A DNA stretch of 64,000 nt from Flaccisagitta enflata (GCA_965153355.1 OZ231126.1:26164001-26228000), one strand, 5' to 3'. Positions 30,541 to 47,915 are shown, counted from the first letter of the stretch. Numbers and translations are program-made. The notes: generated by a model not told the origin, from the sequence alone.

Positions 30541-31419
30541 GGTTCATTTCTCCCACTGTTTCATATTCTGTGTCAGTCATTTTGACGCCGGCTGGAAAAT
30601 GGGAAAATGGAATGAAAAAAGGCAAATATTTCAATTCAGCAACAAACGCAAAAAAAAAAAAATCATGGTTGCATGTATTGAAAGTATAGCGTCCATTCAA
30701 TACATCATTCACTATGAAATTCATCAAAAAAAGAAAAAAAGAAAAAGAAATCACCGATTCGTGTATTCGTCCTAAAACATGATTTAATTCCATACCGAAG
30801 AGCCTGGTCCGTGGCCATTTTATGTTTGCATCAAAAAGAATCTTTTTTTTTTTCTGCTGGGGATGGCATGATACTTTGAGTGTTTTCACATCCACTTTCT
30901 CATTGTCTTTGTTTCACGCATTGGAGACAATTGTATCCGGCGTGGTTTAGGCTCTCTTTTAGCAAACAAAATATTGATGTCTTGTTCATTTTTGAGAAAG
31001 CCAATGGCGAAAGTCGACAGGAAAACCATTTTTTCTTTCAATTAAAAGATCGAAAATTGCTGCAACTCAGATTGTTCTTAACTGTTCAATGTAGCACCAA
31101 TATCAAAGCCATTGCAGTGGTCTTATCATGGTTTGATGCCTATATCATAGATCTTTCACTTTTTTTTCAGCCATGGGCATCTTCACTCCTTCTTTTACTC
31201 CTGATAAGCGTTGTAAATATGATGCCTCGTCGTTATCACCGAGAAAATGTCCCTTTCTTACGCTAGACGTCGTAATTTATAACGCGTGACATCTAAATCC
31301 ATCATAAACAATCCTCCTAAATGTGGTAAATGTAAAGAGACCCACTTTGGAGCCATTGTTTTTACCACTTTAGTCGATTGTAAAAGTGTCACCGGGATGA
31401 CGCTAATTGTCGGCATAAA

Positions 31420-31529
<110 letters not shown>

Positions 31530-31974
31530 GTTCTGTCTTGTTGACTTTTATCTCCCGTGCTCTTTTTCCCTTTTTTTTTTGTCCTGGAGAAGTCCGACCT
31601 AAATTTCCTTTTTTAACCGCTAAGTCGTAAACCTGGATATCATCGCCTCTTTTGTCTTCAGTCTTCACTTGTCTTTTTTGTCTCTTTTCCTTCTTTGTAT
31701 CTTTGAAAATGTTGAGATAGGCAAGAAGTTTTTTGAATGTTTTTAAGAAGAAAAGGGGAGGAGATAGCCTGTTATACAGCTAAAGAGCCTCGTGCAATCG
31801 TTATTGGTATTCTTCATTTTATTTACTTTAGTTTTCCCTTTGCTTGTTATCAACACTTTTCGCTCACTAGTTCGCGTTTTGCCCCTTCACATGGGCACAT
31901 CTTCATTCTTTCTTCGATCTTTTTTTTATAGTTTTGCTGTATTTACCCTCTCCACGCCCCCACACATCTTTTTT

Positions 31975-32238
31975 TTTAAGTCGCATGCTACGCGACTCTA
32001 CAACCCGCTTTGTCGGTCCGTCTGTCGGTCCGTCCGTCGGTCCGTCGGTCGATCTGTTTTTCGGTTTCTCTGTTTTTCTACGTTTTTTCGTTTACGTTTG
32101 TCTGTTTCTTTGACTATGACATTGATTTTGATGGTCTCCTAAGTCTCTGTGTCTCTAAAAAAACTATGGCTGCCTATCAGTATGTCAGTCAGTGCCCACC
32201 CGCACGCGACTGGGGTAGCCGTGTATCCGGCCTTGTTT
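31975..32238 (+). mobile_element. HINE/DINE-1-like element, family A (canonical orientation)
   Basis: TTTTAAGTCGCATGCTACGCGACTCTAC...(GTCG/GTCC)n...CACGCGACTGGGGTAGCCGTGTATCCGGCCTTGTTT. A second 5'-end fragment follows at about 32240-32292. Confidence 0.82.
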
Positions 32239-33290
32239 CTTTAGATGCCTCCTCGTATCTCTATGAGAGGGTATGGACGTCCGTCTGTCCGTTCATTACG
32301 CGCAAAATTCAATACACGCAGGGACACAATCAGGACTTATCGTTGGTCAAACGGGCTTGTTCTTTTATTTCGCTACTAAACACTCTCTCTCAACACAGAG
32401 ACGCAACGCAAAGAATAATCAGTCCCGTTTTGGTTAATTCGCGTTTTTTTTTTTTGGGCCGCTTAATGGTCGCTTCGCCTTTTCTGTCGCGTTAAAAGCC
32501 GCCGTTTGTCCCAGATCTCTTTTTTGAGCCACATTAACTTTTGTAATCCCAGATTATCCTCGAATTATCCTCGAATTATCCCCGACTTATCCCTCCCCAA
32601 AACTCCTCCTTCATCCTCTCCTCTTCTTTCCCCTCCGAGTCCTCTTTTTCTCTCTGTTTGTCTTCTCCTCCTCTTGCTGTTTCTCTTTCTCAATCTTCGT
32701 AAAACTGAGAACTCTCTCTTGTTCTTTTTTTATGCGACAAAGGCGACATCAGACAGCGAAGATTATCTTGTGCTACATGTTACACATGTGAATAAACTGG
32801 GTATATATATATTAAAATATTTCTCTTTCTTTTGCGTTCTTCCAAATTTTCTTTAATTTTGCAGATTAAGTTCACGTTCAGCTCAGTTTATATGAAATTC
32901 AGTAAAAAAAGAAAAAGGTGGTCAGAAAAAAGATGGGTCTATTGTTGTTCATAGCTGATGTATATGTTTTGGTCGTGAGGCGTTATTTACCGTATTTATT
33001 TCTAAGACCATGTCTATGGAATTGCCAACAATTAAAGGATTTTGAATTGATTTTTTTGTTGTTTCCCATACCTACTTATAGTTATACAAGTTTGTCTGTC
33101 TTTCGGTCTATCTTTTTTACTATCCTTCTGTTTTCATATCAATAGACGCTTCCGCTTTCCCCCTCAGCTCCGTTCCCCTCTGTCCGGTCATGAAGTCTAT
33201 TTTCCCGTTGGCTAGTTCGTCCGTCCCTCTCTACCCTCGCTTTACCTGAGGACTCTTCCTGCGTGTGATGAAAAACGATAAAAATGCAAA

Positions 33291-33664
<374 letters not shown>

Positions 33665-35815
33665 GCAAGTCATTTGACCTGAGTGATGGTCGAGGGGATA
33701 TTCCATGCTTACAAATTACTGAATTACGTCGAAGGAGAAATCTGCGTGTTGCGTTAAAAAGGGTGCGGCTAAGAATATGCCCTTGGCAAGTTTCAAGTCA
33801 TGCTTTCAAATGAAAGAAGTCAGCATCAGGAATGCCTTTCAAATCTGTAGAATCATATCTGTAAACTGTATTTGATACCAAACCTTTCTTTATTTGCTTT
33901 TTTTTTCTTTTGTTCAGTTTCTTTTTGCAATTGGTTTCATGTCAAGTGCAAGGAGGTTTTTTCCAAAGCCCTACTTCGGGTTGTCTGATGGCTTCGATTG
34001 TCTCCTATTGTGGCCTCGATCACAATTCTGAATCTGCGTTCTGATCTTGGTTTCTCTTGCAGCCTCGACCGCGGCTACGATCTCGCATATCTTCTCCTTT
34101 TTTTTCTGATTTAGGAGGCGTGTAATTAAAGGATTAGCGCCATAAAAAAAGAAAGCGTGATAGAAATAAAAAAGAAAACAAAGATAGAAGGCTTGACTCA
34201 TTCGCTGGAAAGATTAGAGCCTGACCGACGGACCGACGGACGAACCGACGGACCGAAGACAATGAAAAAGATGCAGCCACTGGAAAATGAAAGGATTTAA
34301 AAGGATAAAAGCGAGGAAAATCGTGACAAAAGGAAAAGGAAAAAAACGTGGAGGAAGCGAAAAATGGAGGAATGTGAAAAGAAAGAGGGGATAAAGTGGA
34401 GAGATGGTAAAAAGAGGCGGGAGCAGAAAGAGGGAAAAATGGAGGAAGCAGAAAACGGAGTAATGTGAAGGAGAGGGGGAAATTTGATGGAGGAAGAAAA
34501 GAAGGAGATGAATTGAGAGGAAACGTGAAAGAAGTGGAGAGTGGAGGAATGTGAAAGGAATGGGGGGGGGGGTAAAAGTAGAGGAGGGGAGAATAGTCAA
34601 GAAAATGAAATACAAGTGAGTATTGCGAAGTATTTGAGGAGAGGAAAGTCAGAGGATTAAGTAGGGTGTAGATTGTAAAAGTAACCTTCATAAGTTCATA
34701 ATGAGACCGCTACAAGAGTTTAAATGTGGATGCTACCATCAACAGTCAGAATAATTTAGCGTTGCAACTTTTTTTTTATTTTCAAGATGAAGAAAAAATA
34801 GAAAAAACTTTGAAAAGATTTTGGCTCTCTAATTTCCGTAAAGCGTCCTTTATATCTGTTTTAATTCTCTTAAAAATATGTAAGACATCAATATTTTGGT
34901 CACATCGGCGATGAGCTAGTAAACTGCGGGGTCGTGAAGACACACTGAATTTTGATCTTTTTCGAAACAAGAACTGATGTGATTTGCTAAAATTGGGTCT
35001 TGCAGGGGTGATTGAGGGTGCGATGTAATGTTGGGGCAGATCTGGACAAGGCGTGTCTACCAATATAAAAGGGGATTTGAAGGTAGAAAGAAAGAGTCGG
35101 TGCTGTGGCGAAAATGGGTGGCTCTAACGGGACGCAGAAAGAGATAACAGGAGGCGCTAAAAACGAAAAAAAAAATGAGGATAAAGATGAAAGAACAAAG
35201 AACAAAAGAGGGGGGAAAAGAGAGAGAAATCGGACAGACGGGTATTACGCCGCCTTGAATTGGAATAATGGGCAAGAGGGAATAAATGATAAAGAAGAAA
35301 GAATCGTAAAAAGTAATCTGGCTCTTTCCTCCTCTCATCTTTTTTTTTTTCTCTTTTTGGTTTCTCTTTTTCTGTATCTCGCTTTCTAAGCAGTAACTGA
35401 GCCCACGCCATAAGAGAGAGAGAGAGAGAGAGAGAGAGGGAAAGAGAGAAAGAGAGAAGAGAGAAAAGATGAAACGAATAGAATTCTGGAAGACAAAAAA
35501 CATAATCAGTATGTATGATAACAGATGCTGCACAGGCCAGTTCACTTTATCATGGGTACGTTGATAGGAGGCAGCGCCGGCGGCCTCGCCTTCAGCCTCG
35601 GCGGCATCGGCGGCATCGGCATCGGCGTCGGCGGCAGCAACCTCCATGAATATGCATGAGGTTTGGAATCGCATTTTCCCCTTTGTTTCACTCAAATACA
35701 CGCCGAGCCGCTCACAACTTTGTGTTTGTTTTTCAAAAGCCTTCCTGTTTTATTTTTTTTTTTTACCCCCTTCCCCTTTATTTTAACATTCATACAGCTT
35801 ACACATCCCCTCCAC

Positions 35816-35880
<65 letters not shown>

Positions 35881-37045
35881 GATATTTGAATCATAAATCT
35901 TAAATCGAAGCTGTCTCTCTGATAGGAGACGGAATATACCATATACCAATGGACAGATATTGCTTTGCCATCTGAATGCTAAGGATGGGGGATAAGTAAA
36001 TAACCATACCGGAAATGTTTTGACTTCATTTACATGTATGTTAGAATCAGCTTTTGCTCCCAACTTCTTTGTTCGAACTCTTATTTGTAATGATCGTTGG
36101 AAGGATATGAAACGAGTCAACGACTTTTGACAATTGTTGTTCAAGATGAAAGTTGTTGTAATTTGTGGCGAATTTTATCAAGTCAGAGGCTACTAATTTT
36201 CGGGGTGTACACAATATTGGATGAATTTCAAGGCTTGGTGCTCGATACTAGCCCAAGAAATACGATATGCTGTCATGCTAAATCTTTGCCTGTACCTATC
36301 GAGTGGGCCGCGTAAACGTAAATTACCACAAAATTCACTCGCTTGAAATCGGTCTAAATTGGACGTCTTCCTGTTTAGGCTGCCTGATCGTAGATGGTAT
36401 ACAGAAAATTTAAGTCCGCATCAATCAAGACTGAAATCTTCAATTTTTTTTCTCTCCCCAAAAAATTTTCCTCTACCGTTTTTGGCTCCTGTATCGCCTC
36501 TACTCCATCTTTCTTTTTTCCCCTCCATGCTTTCTTTGTCATTCTTTCTTTCATTCTTTTTACTTTTTCTTTGTCATTTGTTCTTTCTTTCTTTCTTTCT
36601 TTTCCCCCTTTCTTTTCTATGCCGCCACTCGAGCCCGCCACGGACCACGCCCCCAATTTTTTTGCGCATGAAATCCTCCCAATTTTTCTTCAGTTTTCGT
36701 CTCCAACCAAAGTCTCTTGTGAAAAAATAAAACTTTCAAATTTATTCCACTGAATCTTTTTACGTAACAAATTCCCCCCCCCCTCCTTCTTTCTCTTGCT
36801 ATCCCCTTCTCGGTTTTCTATTTCTCCCACCAAAGTTCTCGCCCTTTTACTTGAATATTTCAAAACGCAATCTCTTTTCACCCTTGTTCCATTTCAACTC
36901 ACGATTTGTCTCCGAATTTTTCACCGTCTTAGTGTCTTGGCATTCTTCACGCCAACTCCATGCTGAGTTTATACTGGCTTCTGACGTACTCTCCAGTTCC
37001 GGTTTCTTAGACAATGCTTTCATGGCTGTTTGACTGTCTTGCTGC

Positions 37046-37102
<57 letters not shown>

Positions 37103-37477
37103 TCATCCGCGTGCGCACACGCGCTTGTGTGTGTGTACCTGCTTCGGTTCGATTCCCAGCGGCGCAAAAAACTTATTTGTCCCCACTCAACCTTCTTCGA
37201 AATGTCAACCTTGTTGCAGTCGCGGCTTCCAACAACGCTTCCAACGTATCTCTTTCATTCAGCTGAAAATATTTCCGTAACAAGACCATTTATGATCGTC
37301 GGTTACAATATGCCATATTCTTAGAATCAGTAAGAGAACTCGTTTTCGGTTCGACGTCCTCCAGAGCGTCAAAACTTGGAGAATCGCGTCAAAACAGCTG
37401 CGGGCTCCGTTTGCCGGTGGCGTCGGCGTCTGCATCAGCGTTGGTGTTATTCACATCGTCATTTTTTTTTTCAAAGT

Positions 37478-39788
<2,311 letters not shown>

Positions 39789-39829
39789 TGTGGCGTGGGA
39801 GATCGTAGACGATCTGCCGGCACCCGATC

Positions 39830-40165
39830 GTTTGTGTCGGCGTTAGTGTTGTTTAAGCAGGCATCGGCATTGATGTTCTTTAGCTTGGCAGCAGCGTCTA
39901 GATTGGTGTTATTGACTCATAGGTGGCGTCGGCGTCTGCATCAGCGTTGGCATTGGTGTTGTTTAGGCTGGTATTGGCGTCGGCAGTGATGTTTTTAATC
40001 CCGGCAGCAGCGTCCACGTTGGTGTGGTTCAAGTGGTTTAAGCCGCTCTTGGCGTCGGCATTGATATTCTCTCGACCGGCAGCAGCGTCGGCATTGCTGT
40101 CATTGAGTCTGGTGTTTGCATCATTGTTGCTTAGACCGACATCAGCATTGACATTGGTATTGTCT
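39830..40165. repeat. Degenerate GGCAGCAGCGTC/GGCATTG tandem repeat
   Basis: Recurring motifs; GGTGGCGTCGGCGTCTGCATCAGCGTTGG also occurs at about 37416. Confidence 0.65.
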
Positions 40166-40336
40166 TATCTGACATCCGTGTCGGAAAAAACGTGAGTGTT
40201 TGCATTTTAAATGTCATAACTGTATAAGTACAGAAGTAAGAATCGTTCTCCAAACATGGTTCTAAGTTTGCAACAACAAATAACGGCTTACCTAAGAAAA
40301 CATCATACTGAGCAGTTAACATGGATGGGGAAAAAA

Positions 40337-40657
40337 CAGGGGTGTATATAATTGAGCGGCTTTTGATTCTATTCCCCCCCCCCCCGCCCTTGATTTTCTT
40401 CCCCACGCATTGCGTCGCATTACAAGATCTATGATTTTCTTCCCCACTAAGCAATAAAACAGTATGTTATAGGTTCAAATAGCATTAAAATGTGTTGTAG
40501 TAATCAGAGACTACCATTTGGAACTACCAAAAGTGTTGAATCTTCAAAAATTTTCTCTTTTCTTCTTTATTAGCTTTTGATATTTTCCCCATCTCCAAAC
40601 CCTTTGATTTTATTCCCCCCCACGGGGGGGGGGGATGCTCAACTTCATACACGCCTG
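40337..40657. mobile_element. hAT-type MITE (family C), uninterrupted
   Basis: CAGGGGTGTATA ... CATACACGCCTG with exact 8-bp TSD GGAAAAAA (40329-40336, 40658-40665). Homologous to 6392-7312. Confidence 0.92.
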
Positions 40658-40854
40658 GGAAAAAACTAATAATGGAAACGACTAGGTACAGAATTCTTTT
40701 AATTCAATTGAGGCGCGCAAAATTAGAGAGAGGATGAGAAAGAGAAAGAGGTAAAAAAACAGAAATAATTCTCTTATTTCCGCGGATTTTTGGATTTTCC
40801 TCGAAAGCAGAAAAAGATTCGTTGGAGAATAATCCCAAGATAAGGCGAGAGTGG

Positions 40855-40934
<80 letters not shown>

Positions 40935-41061
40935 GACGGAGACAGAGACAATGTCTGAAACAGAGAAAGAGTGAAAACAGCAAACAGACTGACAAACAGA
41001 GAGAAACAGAGAAAACAAAGGAATGATGAATGTAAGAAAGATGGAAAGAAAGATAGAATGA

Positions 41062-41144
<83 letters not shown>

Positions 41145-42273
41145 CGAGGAAAAAGACAGACAGAATGTAGGAACAAAGGAGCCAAGGAGCCAAGAAAAGT
41201 AGAGAGAGGAAGATATGAAGGTCTCCACAATCCTCGGTTTTGCGTATTTCATTTAGCTGTCTATCCAACGTCCATCAGTTGTCAGTAGCTCCGTTCCCTT
41301 TCAGTGTCTTCCACTTTTTCTTGGCTCTTTGCTCCAGTTTTTTCCTTTCCTTCTTTTACTTCCATCTCTTCAACTCTTGACTAGAATTCCATGAGCTTCT
41401 CCTGTATTTTTCTAGTTCTTTTTTTTCATCTTCAAATGAGAGGTTTCATGTAGTTTTCCTTGTGTGATTTTTTTTTCATTTTTTTTCTTTTTGTTTCTTC
41501 GTCGATTCATAAACTGACTCGGTTCGTTTGGTGGTAATTTGACGTCGTATGTACGCAACCTAAAAACGCCTTTTGTTTCTATTACAAGCGGGTTTTGACC
41601 TCGTCCAATAGAATGCGACTTTTTCTGCCTTATTTGGAGTCTTGCTCATAAAAAGGCGCCATTGCCTACAGAGTGTCACTCACAAAAACAAAGCCACTTC
41701 CACGAGTTGGTCTAGCTAACAGTTTTCTCATAATTCAAATTCAGCGTAAGAACTGGTCCAAAAATCTGTAGGGAAATAAAGTATGAAACTTTGAGGTCAC
41801 AACTTTTGTATGAATGAAGGCAGAGAAGAGAAGAACAGAAAGAAGGCAGAAGAGAGAAGAACAGAACCGAGGCAAGGAATCCATTGAAACGAAAGGCAAA
41901 CAGACAGACAAGCAAACAGACAGATAATCAGATAGACATACATACAAACGTCGGACGAGCGGACAAGCAGACAGACACACATGAAAAGTCAAAGACGGAC
42001 AGACAGAAAAATAACTATAAATTCATCGACTGTAAAACAGACTAACAGACTGACATTCAGACAGATTGAGAGAAAAATTGCTTCTGACAAATGAAAGGAC
42101 AGAAAGAGAGACAGTTCCATTGATAGTTATGGTGTTACAAATAAAATTACGAAGCTAGATGTAAGATAGACAGAACAAAACGAAGGCTTGCCATGACAGA
42201 GACAGAGACAATGGCCTAGAGAGAAACAAGGATAGGTGATCAGTGAACCTTACTAGCGTGTGGGTAGAAGAGA

Positions 42274-42315
<42 letters not shown>

Positions 42316-43115
42316 CATCGTGGCAGAAAGAGGGAGAAATGTGGGAACAATAGCTGATGCGTGGTAAAAGGTTAGGCCAAAGAGAAGGAGGGAGGAGAAA
42401 GGAAAATAGAGAAGAAGAAAAAGAAAAAGAAGGTGAAGAAGAAGAAAACAAAGAAAAAGAAAAAAAAAGAAAAAGAAAAAGAAAAAGAAAAAGAAGGAGA
42501 AAAGAAAAATAAAGAAGAAAAAGGAGGAGAAACAAAAGAAAAAAGAAAAAGGAGATTAAGAGTAATGGGGATGAAGAAGAAAAAGGAGGAGAAAAGGAGT
42601 AAGGGAGAAGAAGAAAAGACAAAAGAAAAAAAAGAGGCAATAGAAGAACAAGAATAACATGAAAAGAGGAAAAAGAAGAAACAGGATACTGAAAACAAAT
42701 GAAAGAAAAAAAAACAAGGAAAAAAGGGAAATATTGAGAGATAAAAAAAAAATAGGTGGCGGAGAAAAGAGGTGGTAAAGAAGGAGGTAGAGGAGCAAGT
42801 ATCAGGGGAATCGGTTGTCAGTGACTATGATAAATCACACTTGGGGCAAAAAAAAGAGGGATTCCTAATTAAAACTTTGACATGGCATCATACATATTCA
42901 GTTGTTCTCTTTCAGTTCTTTTTGGTTTGAGAGGCTCTTTCAGGGACCCATCCATTGACTTCAGTCTCTTTTCTTCTTCTCTTTGCATTCTGTTTCTGTC
43001 TCTCTTTTTCTCTCCCTCTGTCGTTGAGTGCAGCAGAAAACTCAGTGAGGTGGAAACATGGAGATGGAGGGACCGAAGAAGGATCGGCGATGATATGAAA
43101 TGGGAGACGGGTTGG

Positions 43116-43282
43116 GAGAAGAAGAAGAAGAAGAAAAGGAAAAAGAAAAAGAAGAAGAAGAAGAAGAAGAAGAAGAAGAAGAAGAAGAAGAAGAAGAAGA
43201 AGAAGAAGAAGAAGAAGAAGAAGAAGAAGAAGAAGAAGAAGGAGAAGAAGAAGAAGAAGAAGAAGAAGAAGAAGAAGAAGAA

Positions 43283-43314
<32 letters not shown>

Positions 43315-43395
43315 AGAAGACGTAGTAGAAGAAAGTAGAAGAAAGAGAAGAAGAAGGAGAAGAAGAAGAAGAAAAAGAAGAAGAAGAAGAAGAAG

Positions 43396-43488
<93 letters not shown>

Positions 43489-43598
43489 GACAGAGAGAAA
43501 GACAGAGAGAGAGACAGAGAGACAGAGAGACAGAGAGACAGAGAGACAGAGAGACAGATGGACTGCGAGAGACAGAACGATCCGTTGGATAACAAGAA

Positions 43599-43662
<64 letters not shown>
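43116..43662. repeat. Compound microsatellite (GAA)n-(GA)n-(GAGACAGA)n-(CA)n
   Basis: Direct reading; source of several spurious 200+ aa ORFs. Confidence 0.97.
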
Positions 43663-43664
<2 letters not shown>

Positions 43665-44883
43665 GCACGGATAGAGCTAAAATTCAGAATTTGATGTCTG
43701 CCTCACAATTTGTCAACGTAATGCTCCATCGTCCAAAAAAATCATCAGAGTTGTTTTTTTTCATCATCTTTAAAACTTCAAATAACCGGGCGATCGGACG
43801 GTTGATTAATTGGTTGAATGGTCTGACTGTTGTTCGGTCGTTTAGTTTTTGTTACAATTTCTACAGCATTATTTTTTGCTTGCGAAATCCTAGAAGGTTA
43901 TTGAATCATAGGTGATTCACATTTTTTCTTTCTTTCTTTCTTTCATTCTTTCTTTTTTTTTTCTTCCTTTCTTTCTTTCTCTGTATTTTCCTACCATTTC
44001 CTACGTTGTCGAGATGAGGCTCGGCGTGGTTGTTGAACACCCGACTTAGTCGTCTTTGTTGTCTCTCTTTGCAGCCATTCTTTGTCCTTCCCTTTCCATT
44101 TTATTTCCATTTCCTTTCTTCTATCTTTTTTCTTCTGTTTATTCACCAGGCTTTTACAACATTGGAAAAAAAATATTTTCCGCGAGATTTACTGAATTAC
44201 TGTACATGCAGGTGTTGACTGATGTAAGGGAGAGGACTCCAAGTATCGCTCATGTTTTTGGCAATTTCAATGTTGTCAAATAGCTTTACTCGCCAAGATG
44301 GTACATCGGGATAAGCGAAAAACAAAACAAGTTTGATGATTTGACGCATATCATCCCAAACTCCAGCCAGTGTCCCCCATATCGTCGGCACAAAAATCAG
44401 TTACTGCTTTTTGACATCCAGATACAATGTGAGGCGCGTTCATTTTTGACAAGTTATGTATGTACTGTCGAATTGTTGACTACGCGCCTGGGTTGACTAC
44501 GTGCCTGGGTGATTGCACCGACCGCATGATATTGGGCTCCCGAATCACCTCAAAGTGATTGATCTACCCCACTTCACCCCGAGGGTGAGTCATCCTCTCA
44601 TGTCACCCCCGGCCCACCCCGGGGTGATTGATCCATCCCATTTCACCCTTGTCCCCGCCCTGGGGTAGATGATCCACCCCATTTCACCCCGGGGGTGAGT
44701 TAGGCGTCTCGCGTCTTTTTCTTTTGGTTGGCGGCCAGTGAGTCTGGCTACTCCGCCTCCTTTTCGCTTTTCTGGCCTTATGCAAATGATCTTGTGCGCG
44801 GTCGGGTCAGGGACATCAATGTCACACAATATGGACATCATTTCGACAATATGGACATCTTATTCAGAATATCCGTATAATGA

Positions 44884-44978
<95 letters not shown>

Positions 44979-46136
44979 GCGCCAACGTAGGAGAGTAGAA
45001 GAAGAAAGACAGAGAGAGTGGGAATATTTTCCCTTTGGGCCGCGTGTTGTAACACGGGGTGAGTCAGTAGCCCCAAGTTCATGGGGTTAGGGTGAGGACG
45101 GTTCAGATGTCAGCTTGGAGCTTGTTCATGTGTCAAAACTGCATGAATTCACGTTCTTATCTGTAAACCCAACCTAAACCCTGAAACCTGAAGCCTTGTC
45201 CAATATGGTAAGAAAATGTTATCGTTCATTTTCCTTCTCTACTTAAGAATCAAACTAGTCTCCCTATGTTAAATAGGACATCTCCCTATTACGATTTCGA
45301 TTTCTCCATACTCCCCCCCCCCCGGCTCAAATTCTTAACCCCTCTTAAGAATACCCTCCTCCTCCAACTCTTTCTCTATCACTACACAGAAGCAGGGATA
45401 TATCTTCCCCCCACGAGATCGCCCGTTAGTCGCACTGACGACGCTATGACGTGGCCCACGAGAGAGAGAGAGAGATACACCGTTGGACAATAAAACATGG
45501 AAAGAAATCGACGAGGACACAGAGAGAGAGAGAGAGGGAAAGGGATAGACGGCTAGACAGGAGGTGGTGTCAAACGGGATATACGAGAAAATGAGACGAT
45601 GTGAGATATGAGGCTGGAAACGAGAGGAACCAATGAAACGATATAAACATAGTTCTCTAACTACATTGTACATATTCAGCGAAAGAAACTGTCAAACTAT
45701 TGACAAGACGCGAATAGGTTGGTGAATAGGTGATGCAAGAATGGTGGAAGCGCGACACCAAGAGAGCATGATGAAAAGTCAGTAAAATTGTGGTGCCATG
45801 TTGGTGAGAGGGGAGTGCAGGAAGATAGCGCGAGGACGGCGAAAACATAGAAGAATCATGGCGCGATGATGATGTTAGGGTGGTGCGAGGATGACGCTAG
45901 AATGGCGCAACGACGGTGAAAGGATGGCGCAAGGGCGCATCGCAAGAACCAAAGTGGAATAATCATAGGGAGAAAACGCGAGGAATTGAATAAAAGCGCC
46001 AGCAAACTCCTGAGAGGGAGGAACAGACAGGGAGGCAGACGAACTGGAAGATGGAGAAAAGAATGAGAAGAAATGGAAGAAAAGAAAATAAGTATTAAAA
46101 GGAGGTGAACTTACAAAAGACAAAAGAAAGAAAGAT

Positions 46137-46211
<75 letters not shown>

Positions 46212-46317
46212 ATGAAAGAAAGAAAGAAAGAAAGACAGAAAGACAGAAAGACATATAAGCAAAGAAAGACTGAAAGAAAAAAGAAAAATCTTGAAAGAGT
46301 ATGGGTCCGCGACTGGG

Positions 46318-47115
46318 GTCGAACGGCGTTGTCGAACGGCGTTGTCGAACGGCGTTGTCGAACGGCGTTGTCGAATGACGTTGTCGAATGGCGTTGTCGA
46401 ATGGCGTTGTCAAACGGCGTTGTCGAACGGCGTTGTCGAACGGCGTTGTCGAACGGCGTTGTCGAACGGCGTTGTCAAACGGCGTTGTCGAACGGCGTTG
46501 TCGAACGGCGTTGTCGAACGGCGTTGTCGAACGGCGTTGTCGAACGGCGTTGTCGAACGGCGTCGTCGAACGGCGTCGTCAAACGGCGTCGTCAAACGGC
46601 GTCGTCAAACGGCGTCGTCAAACGGCGTTGTCAAACGGCGTTGTCAAACGGCGTTGTCGAACGGCGTTGTCGAACGGCGTTGTCAAACGGCGTTGTCAAA
46701 CGGCGTTGTCGAACGGCGTTGTCGAACGGCGTTGTCGAACGGCGTTGTCAAACGGCGTTGTCAAACGGCGTTGTCAAACGGCGTTGTCAAACGGCGTTGT
46801 CAAACGGCGTTGTCAAACGGCGTTGTCAAACGGCGTTGTCAAACGGCGTTGTCAAACGGCGTTGTCAAACGGCGTTGTCAAACGGCGTTGTCAAACGGCG
46901 TTGTCAAACGGCGTTGTCAAACGGCGTTGTCAAACGGCGTTGTCAAACGGCGTTGTCAAACGGCGTTGTCGAACGGCGTTGTCAAATGGCGTTGTTGAAC
47001 GGCAATGTTGTCGGCGTTGTCAAACGGCGTTGTCAAATGGTGTTGTCAAAAGCCGTTGTCAAATACCGTTGTCAAACAGTGTTGTCAAATGGTCTTGTCA
47101 AATAGCGGTCAAATA
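46318..47115. repeat. 13-bp minisatellite (GTCRAACGGCGTT)n, about 60 copies
   Basis: Direct reading; homogeneous core, degenerate right end. Confidence 0.98.
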
Positions 47116-47147
47116 GGGGTTGAGAGATAAGCTGCTTTGTTCATATA

Positions 47148-47790
47148 CATAGGTTGAGCCGTTTAATTTTGAGTCTACATACCAAATTTTAACCAAATCG
47201 ATTGAGAATTGTTCAAGTTATGCACATTTTTCACTTTTAAGGTGGTAGGCTGGTAGGCTGGTTGGGTGGTAGGCCGGTTAGCATGCTAAAATCTTTACAA
47301 ATCAAATACATATGTTGAGTCCTTCCATTTAGAGAAAACATACCAAGTTTTAACCAAATCGGTTGAAAAATGCAGAAGTTATGCATGTTTTTCACTTTTC
47401 GGCTGGTAGGCTGGTTGGGTGGTAGGCCGGTTTGGCCGGTTAGCATGCTAAAATCTTTACAATTCAAATACATATGTTGAGTCCTTCCATTTAGAGACTA
47501 CATTCCAAGTTTCAACCAAATCAGTTGAAAAATGCAAAAGTTATGCACGTTTTTCACTTTTCGGCTGGTAGGCTGGTTGGGTGGTAGGCCGGTTTGGCCA
47601 GTTAGCATGCTAAAATCTTTACAATTCAAATACATATGTTGAGTCCTTCCATTTAGAGGCTACATACCAAGTTTCAACCAAATCGGTTGAAAAATGCCAA
47701 AGTTATGCACATTTTTCACTTTTAGGCTGGTAGGCTGGTTGGGTCGGTTGGGTGGGTCGGATCATAACATACGCATAGGCCGCAAAGCGG
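47148..47790. repeat. ~162-bp tandem satellite, about 4 copies
   Basis: CATATGTTGAGTCCTTCCATTTAGAG occurs at 47309, 47471 and 47633, with a diverged copy at 47148. Confidence 0.95.
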
Positions 47791-47871
47791 CTTACCCTAG
47801 TACAACTTCCCTCCAAATATGAAGCAAATTGGTCAAGGCGTTCAAAAGTTAGCCCATTTTTAAAAGTGTGG

Positions 47872-47915
<44 letters not shown>

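Noticed and set aside
46212..47116. 235-297 aa ORFs with repeating ALSNGVVKRRCQT
   Set aside because: They are the product of a stop-free 13-bp minisatellite read in all three frames, inside a non-autonomous element.
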